A DNA stretch of 40,613 bases, from sequence record PZ019082.1, one strand, 5' to 3'. Shown piece by piece: positions 9,516-18,240 of this stretch (positions are counted from its first letter, which is position 1; every line of letters starts with the position of its first letter). The notes beneath the pieces were generated by a model. That model saw nothing but the letters and a program-made list of their open reading frames with translations, was not told the DNA's origin and searched no databases. Both the position numbers and the translations under genes were made by a program. Source of the stretch: a phage.

Positions 9516-9928
9516 TGGGCTACTTTGAGGACTTAACAAAAGCGTTCGATGTGCCGCTGGTAGCCTTCGGAAACGCCAACGGCATCAAGGTAGCGCTTGA
9601 AAACATCGACGCGCCGACGTCAACCGATACCCCGTATCTGGCAAGTTACATATTGCTGGCAGATACGGAACAGGCGGATTTGTTCTTCACGGAACAACGC
9701 TCAGGTGTTTATCAGGTTGACATTAACTACGCATCGGTGAAAGGTAGCGCGCCAATCAATAAAATGGCAGACTTACTTAACACGGCGTTTAAAGCAGGTA
9801 AGACATTTTCACGTAACGACATCTGCGCCGAGGTACAATCGGTTAGCCTGGGGCCACTGATTGTAGAAAACGGATGGGCCAAACGACCATTGTCAATTAA
9901 CTTTATTGCATTCACCAAGAGGCTGTGA
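9512..9928 (+). CDS. putative tail terminator protein
   Basis: ATGA overlap coupling; synteny. Confidence 0.35.
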   Translation: MMGYFEDLTKAFDVPLVAFGNANGIKVALENIDAPTSTDTPYLASYILLADTEQADLFFTEQRSGVYQVDINYASVKGSAPINKMADLLNTAFKAGKTFSRNDICAEVQSVSLGPLIVENGWAKRPLSINFIAFTKRL

Positions 9929-9930
9929 AT

Positions 9931-11100
9931 ATGGCTACAACTCCTTTTAAGGGCGCGAATACCGCGCAATTCTATGTGGCGGAAACTACCCCGGGAGTAA
10001 CACCGACTAACCCGGTCTGGTCACCGTTGCGTAACACTGGCGGTGTTCCTGCGGTAACCCGCGATGCGCTTACTTCCAACGAACTGGATGGCAGCCGTGA
10101 AACTACATCCATCCGAACCGGTAACAAACAGGTTAGCGGGGAGTACGCCATTGAACTTAGCTCGCGTAGTCAGGATGATTTCCTCGCAGGCGCGATGACT
10201 TCTACGTGGCAGGATGGCGTAACTTTAACTGCGGTCGGTATTACGGTAGACCCGGTTCTTAAAACGTTCACCCGCGCCGCGGGAAGCTTCATTACCGACG
10301 GTGTAGAAGTCGGAGACCTTCTGTACTTCGATGGATTAACCGGCGACAACGCCAAACCGTTCATCGTTACCTCAGTAACGGCTACGGTTGTTACAGGGGC
10401 GGGTATCCAACACACCCTGACCGCTGAAGGCCCTATTGAGACCGACGGTAAAACGGGCGACAAGCTGGAAACCGGTAACGCGTGTAAGACATTCTCCATC
10501 CTGACGTGGTTCAAGGGCCAGTGCGGTAACCCTGACGCGTACATGCTTACCAAAGGCGTGGAAATCTCTGGCTTCACCGTAGAGCAGGCGGTTAACGCTA
10601 TGGTAACCGGTAGTTTCCCGTTCATCGGCTTGAGTCAGGAGATTCTTACCGCACCGCCGTCTGGCTCTGATTTCTCTCAGGTGACGTTCACCGATGAGCC
10701 ATTCTCGTCTGTAGATGTGTCTGTGTTCGACGGTTCTACGCCGTTGCGTTGCGATACTCTGACAATCACCAACGACAACAGTGCATCCGCGCAGTTCGAA
10801 CTCGGAAACAGTAGCGTTGCGTTCGTGGAACGTGGCCGCGCAGCTAACACCTTCTCCATCTCAGGAAAGCTGTACGACATGGCGATGATTCAGAAGTTTA
10901 TCAACGAGCAGCAGGTAGAGATTAACTCTATTCTGGCGGGGGTAAACGGGGCTATGTCTTTCAGTTTGAAACGCGCGGAACTCACCGCGGTTACACCTGA
11001 GATTGGCGGACCTGAGTCAATCACTCAGTCCATTGAAGGTCAGGCTACCGGCAACCAGTACCAGTCGTCTATTGTTATCCAGCGTATCACCTACGCATAA
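9931..11100 (+). CDS. putative major tail protein
   Basis: 389 aa ORF, ATG with RBS AGAGG (track start GTG 9925); last gene before tail chaperones; followed by strong hairpin. Confidence 0.5.
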   Translation: MATTPFKGANTAQFYVAETTPGVTPTNPVWSPLRNTGGVPAVTRDALTSNELDGSRETTSIRTGNKQVSGEYAIELSSRSQDDFLAGAMTSTWQDGVTLTAVGITVDPVLKTFTRAAGSFITDGVEVGDLLYFDGLTGDNAKPFIVTSVTATVVTGAGIQHTLTAEGPIETDGKTGDKLETGNACKTFSILTWFKGQCGNPDAYMLTKGVEISGFTVEQAVNAMVTGSFPFIGLSQEILTAPPSGSDFSQVTFTDEPFSSVDVSVFDGSTPLRCDTLTITNDNSASAQFELGNSSVAFVERGRAANTFSISGKLYDMAMIQKFINEQQVEINSILAGVNGAMSFSLKRAELTAVTPEIGGPESITQSIEGQATGNQYQSSIVIQRITYA

Positions 11101-11105
11101 AACTA

Positions 11106-11128
11106 AGGCCCCGAAAGGGGCCTTTTTC
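11106..11128. terminator. bidirectional terminator-like hairpin
   Basis: AGGCCCC-GAAA-GGGGCCT stem; TTTTT on plus side, TTAGTTTT on minus side; separates convergent genes. Confidence 0.65.
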
Positions 11129-11359
11129 TTACTCATCAATGTTACTCCTGTACTCCCGTAACTTCTCCAGACTTTCAATTGCTTCTGCTAAGTCGGTTCC
11201 GGTGTCCTTGTGTCCACGAAGGCCCATACACAATAGCTTCTTCAATGCGTGCTGTAACGCCGGGTCGCGGATGTCGAAGGCGCGGAGCACATCATAAACG
11301 TCTACTGTCATAGTGCTGCCGTGGGTGTTTGTCATTGTGCGGTTGTATTTTGAAGTCAT
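11129..11359 (-). CDS. hypothetical protein (76 aa), last gene of minus-strand cassette
   Basis: ATGA overlap with upstream phosphoesterase gene; ends at bidirectional terminator. Confidence 0.5.
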   Translation of the reverse strand: MTSKYNRTMTNTHGSTMTVDVYDVLRAFDIRDPALQHALKKLLCMGLRGHKDTGTDLAEAIESLEKLREYRSNIDE

Positions 11360-12486
11360 CCCAGCATCTCCGGTGAAATAGTTAAACGTGCCACCTCGCC
11401 ATATTCGGCGCTATAGGTAATTACGTTTGCACTACGGCCCGACATCCATCCTCCGCGCGATGCGTAGGCGTCTTTAGCCGCTAGGGTGCGGTGTTGCTCA
11501 ACAATCATGTTACGGCTTTCTACAATCTTTTGGTGGTGTAGATGTCCGACATGCGCGTAACTGTACTCGCTTTCGCCGAACGCTTTGCGGAACTTGGCAA
11601 TCATAACTGGCTCTATAGCGTCGAATCGTGCTTTATGTCCGTGGTGAAAGAACAGCGTCGTTTTGCCGTGTTGCACCATCTTGTAAACATCAGGCGACGT
11701 ATCGACGAAAACACGCGGCTCGTTGTCGTACAGCGTACTGAACATCTCAGCCAACCAAATCATACCCGATTCGTCATGGTTCCCTTGCACGATAAGCAAG
11801 CGAACATTTTTATGCTTAACCAGCGCCATATCAATAACACGGCGGACCATGCGAATCATGTAGCGGACAAGTTTCTGATAGCGCGTGTCAGCGTCAAGAA
11901 CATGACCACTCGCTGGCGTAACGGCATCCAGACTATCGAAGTGAGCGAGGTCGCCCAGCAGATTAATAACTCCTGTTCCTGCATCCGGTGCTTTCTGAAA
12001 TGCCGCGTCGAACCAGCGAGAGAACAGGTCTTCCGCAATCTTCATGTCCCAGTCGTCGCCGCTCTCGTCAGCCCATGCCAGCATACCGAGGTGGAAATCA
12101 GATACCGTGTAAAGATTGAGTAGCTTGTCGTCACGTTTGGCGCGAACGGCTTTAACAGGAGCAACGGGAGTAATCTCTGACTTCATGCCCTCGATTACGG
12201 CTTTCATCAACTCTACCTGACGTTCGGCGTCAGTGTCGGTCTTAACCCATTGCAACTTAGTGTTGCCGAACTCATCAACCAGTGACGACGTTCCTTTAAT
12301 CTTGTAGCCATCTGGTACGAGGTGGCTAACGTCACGCCCGTGACCTACGCCTTTCTTAGCCAGTTTCGCTTTACGGATACGAATAACTCGGTCTGAGATG
12401 CCGTATTTACGGGCGATGTCTACATTCTTCAACCCGGCGTTCAATTCTTCCTGTAACTGTTCGTCGGTTATTTTCTTCTGGGCCAT
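11356..12486 (-). CDS. metallophosphoesterase (calcineurin-like) with N-terminal HTH-like domain
   Basis: Motifs DFHLG, GDLAHFD, GNHDE, FFHHGH, GHLHH in canonical order; N-terminal NVDIARKYGISDRVIRIRK; strong RBS GAGGAA. Confidence 0.7.
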   Translation of the reverse strand: MAQKKITDEQLQEELNAGLKNVDIARKYGISDRVIRIRKAKLAKKGVGHGRDVSHLVPDGYKIKGTSSLVDEFGNTKLQWVKTDTDAERQVELMKAVIEGMKSEITPVAPVKAVRAKRDDKLLNLYTVSDFHLGMLAWADESGDDWDMKIAEDLFSRWFDAAFQKAPDAGTGVINLLGDLAHFDSLDAVTPASGHVLDADTRYQKLVRYMIRMVRRVIDMALVKHKNVRLLIVQGNHDESGMIWLAEMFSTLYDNEPRVFVDTSPDVYKMVQHGKTTLFFHHGHKARFDAIEPVMIAKFRKAFGESEYSYAHVGHLHHQKIVESRNMIVEQHRTLAAKDAYASRGGWMSGRSANVITYSAEYGEVARLTISPEMLG

Positions 12487-12516
12487 GCTTACTTCCTCGT
12501 GTTTAGGATTTGTCTT

Positions 12517-12544
12517 ATAGTAGCCTACTTATTATCTTGAACAA
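12517..12544 (-). promoter_or_regulatory. sigma70-like promoter (TTGTTC-N16-TACTAT), early-promoter family
   Basis: Minus-strand TTGTTCaagataataagtaggcTACTAT shares aagata..taggcTACTAT with promoter at 35301-35329; upstream of phosphoesterase gene. Confidence 0.4.
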
Positions 12545-12818
12545 ACTTTTCAAACGCGTCCGCCTTTTCTTTACTATTAGGCGAGAAACGTTTGTGATTA
12601 CCCTCTCTCACCCATTTAGCATTGAACGCGTCCCATAAATCTGCGTTAACTTTGATGCTCTCTTTGATTTCCGAATCTTCCGGTTTAGCGACAGCAGCCA
12701 GAATTTTATGCAGAAGCTGAATCTGTTCATTTGCTCTCGAGGCTTTACTAATTACGATAAACAGAAACGCGGTCTGAATGGCGAGCACTACTACGGCAGC
12801 GATTAATAGTTCGAACAT
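12525..12818 (-). CDS. small single-pass membrane protein (97 aa)
   Basis: ATG at 12818 with RBS AGAGGAA (track ORF starts at GTG 12851); hydrophobic N-terminus LLIAAVVVLAIQTAFLFIVI. Confidence 0.5.
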   Translation of the reverse strand: MFELLIAAVVVLAIQTAFLFIVISKASRANEQIQLLHKILAAVAKPEDSEIKESIKVNADLWDAFNAKWVREGNHKRFSPNSKEKADAFEKFVQDNK

Positions 12819-12850
12819 GGTTATTTCCTCTGTAAGTAAAATGTATATCA

Positions 12851-12890
12851 CCGATAAGTGAATAGTACCCTATTATATTGGGGTGCGCAA
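12851..12890 (-). promoter_or_regulatory. early-type promoter (TTGCGC-N17-TACTAT), near-identical copy of 34301-34340
   Basis: Reverse complement matches 34301-34340 at 37 of 40 positions, including TACTATTCACTTATCGG. Confidence 0.6.
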
Positions 12891-12998
12891 GTAATGTGAT
12901 AGAATAATTTTGCACCTAGTGTCGCGCACGAAAAGCGGTTGGTTACCGCCTGGTGCATTTCTCTTTAACCAACAACCTCTTAACCAAAGGATTAAAGA

Positions 12999-13415
12999 AT
13001 GAAACTTTCTGATTTTTATTTTGCCGATAAACACGCAGAAGGCAGCCGTATGCCAATCCTACTGCCGAGTGGTGAAGACTCCGGTGAATGGTTGCAGGTG
13101 ATGGGGCCGGAATGTGACGTTGCGGTTCGCGCGGGGCGTGCCTTTGTATCAGCTAACTTCGCGCTGAAAGAGCAACTCGAAGAGCTTGATGCGAAATGCA
13201 AGGCAAAGAATGACTGGACCGAGTACAACGCAAAATATAACTGGATGGCGGAAGACCTAAACCGGCAACTGGCGGTAGAAGTTGTGACAGGCTGGTCCTT
13301 TGACGACGCGTTCTCTAAAGAAGCTCTGGCAACGCTGCTCAGTCAGTACCGCGGCCTTGCGGAAGAAGTGGTTAAATATCACACCAAGCTTCGCGAAGAA
13401 TTATCGGTAAAGTAG
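12999..13415 (+). CDS. putative tail assembly chaperone
   Basis: 138 aa ORF with RBS AGGA immediately upstream of tape measure region. Confidence 0.45.
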   Translation: MKLSDFYFADKHAEGSRMPILLPSGEDSGEWLQVMGPECDVAVRAGRAFVSANFALKEQLEELDAKCKAKNDWTEYNAKYNWMAEDLNRQLAVEVVTGWSFDDAFSKEALATLLSQYRGLAEEVVKYHTKLREELSVK

Positions 13416-13423
13416 ACGCGCTG

Positions 13424-13777
13424 TTGAAATATTTTTCGTGGCTCTATATCGAACTGCAGAAGAAGCAGAAGTTTGATGATATATCTAAGGGCCATGAAGC
13501 GGCGTTAATAGCGATGGGTATTATCGAAAAGGCGGAACGTAAGGGGCTAAAAGGCCCGGAGTGTCCGCCTGTTTTTTACCCGTTACTCGCTAAATACCGC
13601 GCCATTAAATTTCAACAGCGCGAAACAGCAGACCAGGTAGTTGTCTACCCGAGGGGGATGCTATCATGGGGCGACTTACAGGACTTCAAAGCAGCTACCG
13701 GAACAGACGTTAGTTTCTTTGAAGCGGATTTAATTATGGCGCTAGACGCCGTGTTCGAGGGCCGAGACGATGGCTGA
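13424..13777 (+). CDS. putative second tail assembly chaperone ORF (possible frameshift extension product)
   Basis: Frame -1 relative to upstream chaperone, open from 13376; track start is TTG with no RBS; ends overlapping tape measure start. Confidence 0.3.
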   Translation: MKYFSWLYIELQKKQKFDDISKGHEAALIAMGIIEKAERKGLKGPECPPVFYPLLAKYRAIKFQQRETADQVVVYPRGMLSWGDLQDFKAATGTDVSFFEADLIMALDAVFEGRDDG

Positions 13778-15959
13778 TACCGCATCGCTGGTAGCGAGAG
13801 TAACGGCGGAAGGTGCCGCTACTGCCGCCAAGCAATTAGATAACTTTGCTGCAAGTGCAACAAAGGCCGAAGCCGCTACCGATAAAATGACACCAGCGGT
13901 TAAAGAAGCCGCGGCAACTACCCCTAAATTCGGAAGCGCGGTTACAAACGTTTCCTACCAGTTGCAGGACTTTATCGTCCAGGTAAGCAGCGGGCAGTCC
14001 GCTTTACTTGCATTTAGCCAACAGGCCCCCCAAATGCTGTCCGGCTTCGGCGCGCTCGGAGCGGTGCTTGGTATCGCCGCGGCTGCCACCAGTGTGCTGT
14101 ATAACGCTTTCGGCTCGACTAATGAAGCCACTAAAAACCTTGAGTCGTCTACTAAGGCCCTTAACGCCGTTATCCAGACATCTAAAACCGGGGTTACAGA
14201 GTTATCCGACAGCTACATCCAACTGGCTACCGGAGTAGAAACGGCAACCGCATCACAGGCGCAACTTGAAGCGGGAATCGCGGGCGCGGAAAACACTATT
14301 GCGGCTATGAACGCCAAGTTGAAAGAAACGGCAGACATTAGCTATTTGATGTCCGGTTCTATCACTGGTGCTAATGATTCTCTGCAAAAAGGGCAAACCA
14401 ACACCTCCAGCTATACCGGATTCCTGTCGAGTCTGGCGGACCAGTTCGGTGTAACAAAACAGCAGGCGGAAGAGTTAATCCCGTTACTGGCGAGCGTAGC
14501 CGAGAAGCCCACACAAGATAACGTGCTGGCGCTCACCACCCGTATGGGAGAGCTTAGCTCAGCTACAGACAGCAAAGTCACTCCGGCGTTCCGTAATTTC
14601 CGTGCAGAGCTTCTCAACGCAATCGCTACACAAGACACTGCTAAAAAGTCGTTAGATATTCTCAAGGCGGCGCAATTAGGCCAGGCAGAAGCAACTAACT
14701 CCAGCACCGAAGCAACTAAGCAGAACATCACTAAGATGATTGAGTATGCTCAGGCTCAGTTGCAGGGTGCTAAAGCTGTGCTTGCATTTAACGCCGCACA
14801 GGACAAACAGCAATTTGCGCAGTCCGGTGCTACCGCGGAGCAGATAGCGCAGTACAACGAATTAATCAACAAGCAGTACGAGAAAGACGTTGCTAACTAC
14901 GATGCCGCGCAGCAGAAGAAAGCAGAGGCCGAAGCTAAATCGGCAGCTGCCCGCGCTAAGTCCGAAGCCGACAGACAAGCCGCACAGGAAAAACAGGCGG
15001 ATGCTTTCCTTACGCTCGTTAAGAAACAGAACTCTTCGGAAGTAGAACAAGTAACTATTGCTGCCGCAGAGAAGCAAAAGCAGTTAGACGAGTATTATGC
15101 GAAAGGTCTCGTCTCTCAGCAAGAGTACGAAACGGCGTCGGCAGATATCGCCAACGCTGCGCAAGAGAAAAAAGACGCTATTGTTGCTAAAGAACAAGAG
15201 CAACAGGCAAAACGCCAGGAACAGGCTGACGCGTATCTGGCCCAGTTACAGGCCAACTTCGAAGGCGAATCGGCAGAGCTTGACCGCCAGTATCAGGTAA
15301 AACAGGATAAGCTGGACAAGTTCCATGAAGAAGGCTTGATTAGCGAGGAAGATTACCAGAACGCTCTTGCGGACCTGCGCCAACAAAAAGCAGATGCACT
15401 AATCGCCGCCGACCTGTCTACATGGGGTACTATCGCCGCCAACGTTAAAAGTGCTGCGAGCGAGAATACTGCTTTGTATAAAGCCGCGGCTATCACGGAG
15501 GCCACCATTTCAACGTACCTGGCAGCGACAAAAGCACTGGCAACTGGTGGCCCAATCCTCGGCCCAATTCTCGCGGCGTCAACTATCGCGCTAGGTCTGG
15601 CTAACGTGGCTAAAATAAGTTCCGCACGTGAACAGGGTGGTCAGTTATCCGCAGGGCAGGCTTCCACCATCGCTGAACGCGGCAAACCAGAAGTTATCAT
15701 GCCCGCTGGAGCATCGCGCGTACGAACTGCGCAGCAGATGAAGGAAATTATGGGGCAAAACGGGTCTTCTTCCGGCCCGTCTAATGTTACCATTGTAAAT
15801 AACACATCGAGTCAGATTGGCAACGTATCCACAGAACAAGATGATGAAGGCCGTCTGCGTATCATCATAGAGGAGCAAGTTGCCGCGTCTTTGCAGAACA
15901 GCAACAGTAAGATTAGCAAGGCCCGCAAGGCCACAAGAAACGCGCCGGGGTTTAAATAA
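13770..15959 (+). CDS. tail tape measure protein
   Basis: 729 aa, Ala/Gln/Lys-rich coiled coil, C-terminal hydrophobic and Gly-rich segments; follows chaperones. Confidence 0.75.
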   Translation: MADTASLVARVTAEGAATAAKQLDNFAASATKAEAATDKMTPAVKEAAATTPKFGSAVTNVSYQLQDFIVQVSSGQSALLAFSQQAPQMLSGFGALGAVLGIAAAATSVLYNAFGSTNEATKNLESSTKALNAVIQTSKTGVTELSDSYIQLATGVETATASQAQLEAGIAGAENTIAAMNAKLKETADISYLMSGSITGANDSLQKGQTNTSSYTGFLSSLADQFGVTKQQAEELIPLLASVAEKPTQDNVLALTTRMGELSSATDSKVTPAFRNFRAELLNAIATQDTAKKSLDILKAAQLGQAEATNSSTEATKQNITKMIEYAQAQLQGAKAVLAFNAAQDKQQFAQSGATAEQIAQYNELINKQYEKDVANYDAAQQKKAEAEAKSAAARAKSEADRQAAQEKQADAFLTLVKKQNSSEVEQVTIAAAEKQKQLDEYYAKGLVSQQEYETASADIANAAQEKKDAIVAKEQEQQAKRQEQADAYLAQLQANFEGESAELDRQYQVKQDKLDKFHEEGLISEEDYQNALADLRQQKADALIAADLSTWGTIAANVKSAASENTALYKAAAITEATISTYLAATKALATGGPILGPILAASTIALGLANVAKISSAREQGGQLSAGQASTIAERGKPEVIMPAGASRVRTAQQMKEIMGQNGSSSGPSNVTIVNNTSSQIGNVSTEQDDEGRLRIIIEEQVAASLQNSNSKISKARKATRNAPGFK

Positions 15960-17359
15960 TGAGTGACTTATATTTCCCACGTAGCCTTAAGCCTATTGTA
16001 TCGAAAGGCTACTCAATGACCAGACGCAACAACGTCTGGAGTGTCGATTTAGCCGGCGGCGGGGTGCGCCAGGGCCGTGACACATATTACGACGTGTTTC
16101 CGATAAGCGTAACCCTGATTACATCGGCGCTAGGACGGCAGGCGTTTCTGTCGTTCCTTGAGAAAGTAGACGGCGGTGCGTCAAGTTTCTGGATGGCGCA
16201 CGACTTCGGCATGGGGATTGAAGATTATCAAGTCACAATCACGTCCACGATAGCGGAGTCCACCGAAGACGGGATTAACTGGACAATTACCTTCACGGCA
16301 ACCGCCGAGAAATCGCCGTTCCAGGACCTCGAGAACCAATGCCTGATTAACAATCTTCCGGATTTGTACGGTTGCTATGGTGACTGCCTTGGTAGTTTCC
16401 TGAAAATATATGCCAACTATGAGACGACGTTCCCGCGCATCTGGAGCAATGAAGGGCCTGCGGGATACCCGCCGATTAACCTTCTGGCGTCGACTCTTGA
16501 TAGCCGCATTGTGTATGATGGGCCTCAGGTTTATTACATCAACCGTAACGGCAATCTTGTGCAGTCCGCTGCCAATGAATGGCCCCTTACGTTTATTGAT
16601 GGGGCCGCTGCGGGTCGTGTGCCACCGGAATATACATCTAAGAACGTCATACTACATAACACTAATCTGGCGGACGTAGTGTGGGCCACTACACGCATGT
16701 CAATAACCGCATCACCGCAAACAGGAATGTTGGTTAATGGTTGTTTTAAATTAACCCCAACGACAGATAACGGCATTCACTTAGTCGGTCAGTCCCCGGT
16801 ATTTGAAATTCTTGAGGGGGAAGTATGTACATTCAGTGTTATAGCTAAGGCAGACGGGTATCGCAATATCCGTATACGAATCGCCAATAACGCGGTATTT
16901 GTAGCGGATGTGACCGTAAACCTGCTTAGCGGAGTTATTATCGGCGGCAACGCCAACTCTTCTATAGAAAATCTTGGGGATGGGTGGTTCCGTTTCTCAG
17001 AAATAGTAACAGCCCCGGCAGGGGGATACAGCGCCATTACTATGCAGATTTGGGTCCATGACGATTCAAACTTGACCACATTTGCTGGTGATGGGGTCAA
17101 CGGAGTTCTCGTTTGCACCCCGCAAAGTGACTCCTCGGGCCTGTCTACGTCGCCGGTAGTAACTGGGGCGTCGCCAGTAACCAGACCTACCGCAACGGCA
17201 AAAGTAGTAATGAACGGCGCAACAAGCATCGACATTACCTATTCCGACGGCGCTGTGGTAAACGTTCAGGCTGTTGACGGTTACGCCACCATCCCACAGG
17301 CCGATTCTGCGTGGGGTAGTAAATACATCACTCGTATCGACTTTAATGTGGACGGTTAA
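15959..17359 (+). CDS. minor tail protein (distal tail / gpM-like N-terminus with large C-terminal extension)
   Basis: ATGA overlap with tape measure stop; 466 aa; position as first gene after TMP. Confidence 0.45.
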   Translation: MSDLYFPRSLKPIVSKGYSMTRRNNVWSVDLAGGGVRQGRDTYYDVFPISVTLITSALGRQAFLSFLEKVDGGASSFWMAHDFGMGIEDYQVTITSTIAESTEDGINWTITFTATAEKSPFQDLENQCLINNLPDLYGCYGDCLGSFLKIYANYETTFPRIWSNEGPAGYPPINLLASTLDSRIVYDGPQVYYINRNGNLVQSAANEWPLTFIDGAAAGRVPPEYTSKNVILHNTNLADVVWATTRMSITASPQTGMLVNGCFKLTPTTDNGIHLVGQSPVFEILEGEVCTFSVIAKADGYRNIRIRIANNAVFVADVTVNLLSGVIIGGNANSSIENLGDGWFRFSEIVTAPAGGYSAITMQIWVHDDSNLTTFAGDGVNGVLVCTPQSDSSGLSTSPVVTGASPVTRPTATAKVVMNGATSIDITYSDGAVVNVQAVDGYATIPQADSAWGSKYITRIDFNVDG

Positions 17360-17362
17360 CTT

Positions 17363-17878
17363 ATGAGCCAGGAATCAGTAGAAGCAGCCTATCGCCGTAA
17401 GCTGGCGTCAAATCCCGACGGCGAAATGGATTACATCACATTGCAAATCAGCCACCCGTTGCTATCGAAGACGTATTATCTTGTGCGTGGGCTACAGGAG
17501 CTAACGGCGACACTGGAGACGGGAGAAACAATCACATTCGAACCAACCCCGATGGAGGCGTCGGGGGCCGCTAATAATAGCGATATGGACCAGACGACCA
17601 CGTTTACCCTACCGGATATTCTCAATCAACTGGACGATGAGATGGATAAAATCCCTATGAGTAACACCGAGTTGCCGAAATTCGTCTTCCGCCGTTATGT
17701 CAGCACCGACCTGTCTTACCCGGCTGACGGCCCGGTCGTGTACGAGTTACAGGCCATCAACCAGGAGAAGGGCGAGTTCTCCGCAGATGTCGGTACACCT
17801 ATGCTGAACCAACGAAGCACTGGTATACTTATGACACCTAAAGAGATACCGTTATTACGCGGCCTGTTGACCACATGA
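17363..17878 (+). CDS. minor tail protein (gpL-like, inferred)
   Basis: 171 aa; synteny within lambda-like tail tip gene order. Confidence 0.4.
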   Translation: MSQESVEAAYRRKLASNPDGEMDYITLQISHPLLSKTYYLVRGLQELTATLETGETITFEPTPMEASGAANNSDMDQTTTFTLPDILNQLDDEMDKIPMSNTELPKFVFRRYVSTDLSYPADGPVVYELQAINQEKGEFSADVGTPMLNQRSTGILMTPKEIPLLRGLLTT

Positions 17879-18240
17879 ATATTAACGACTACACGGGCAT
17901 TCCTTATGACTTTCGCAAACGTAATTGCTGGCATCACGTGCGCATTGTCCGCGCGGATGCCGGGTTAGACACCCCGGCTTTCGACGTTACAAGCCCGACG
18001 GCAATTAACGACGCGTTTGACGAAGGCCATCGCAACACGAAGGGGCTTACGAAGATTGATAAGCCTGAAAACTTCTGCGCGGTGCTTATGGGGTATCGCC
18101 GCGGCGGTCGTATCGTGTGGCACGCAGGAGTTTACTTCGACGGGATGGTGAGTCATTGCGAGCTTGCGTCCCGTCAGGTACGGTTTGACAGGCTGGCGGA
18201 CCTCAGAGACACGTACACGGAGATTGAATTTTGGCGATAA
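17875..18240 (+). CDS. tail assembly protein with NlpC/P60-like Cys/His motifs (gpK-like)
   Basis: ATGA overlap; Cys and His residues in NCWHH and SHCE contexts; synteny. Confidence 0.45.
   Translation: MNINDYTGIPYDFRKRNCWHHVRIVRADAGLDTPAFDVTSPTAINDAFDEGHRNTKGLTKIDKPENFCAVLMGYRRGGRIVWHAGVYFDGMVSHCELASRQVRFDRLADLRDTYTEIEFWR

Noticed and set aside
13376-13415. Canonical -1 slippery heptamer (X XXY YYZ) for the chaperone frameshift
   Set aside because: Searched the 40-nt overlap; no canonical heptamer found, so the frameshift is reported only as a possibility.
14008-15300. Short ORFs within the tape measure gene (14008..14238, 14411..14731 minus, 14862..15077 minus, 15097..15300)
   Set aside because: Embedded in a long, continuous, repeat-rich coding region; low-complexity translations; no start signals.
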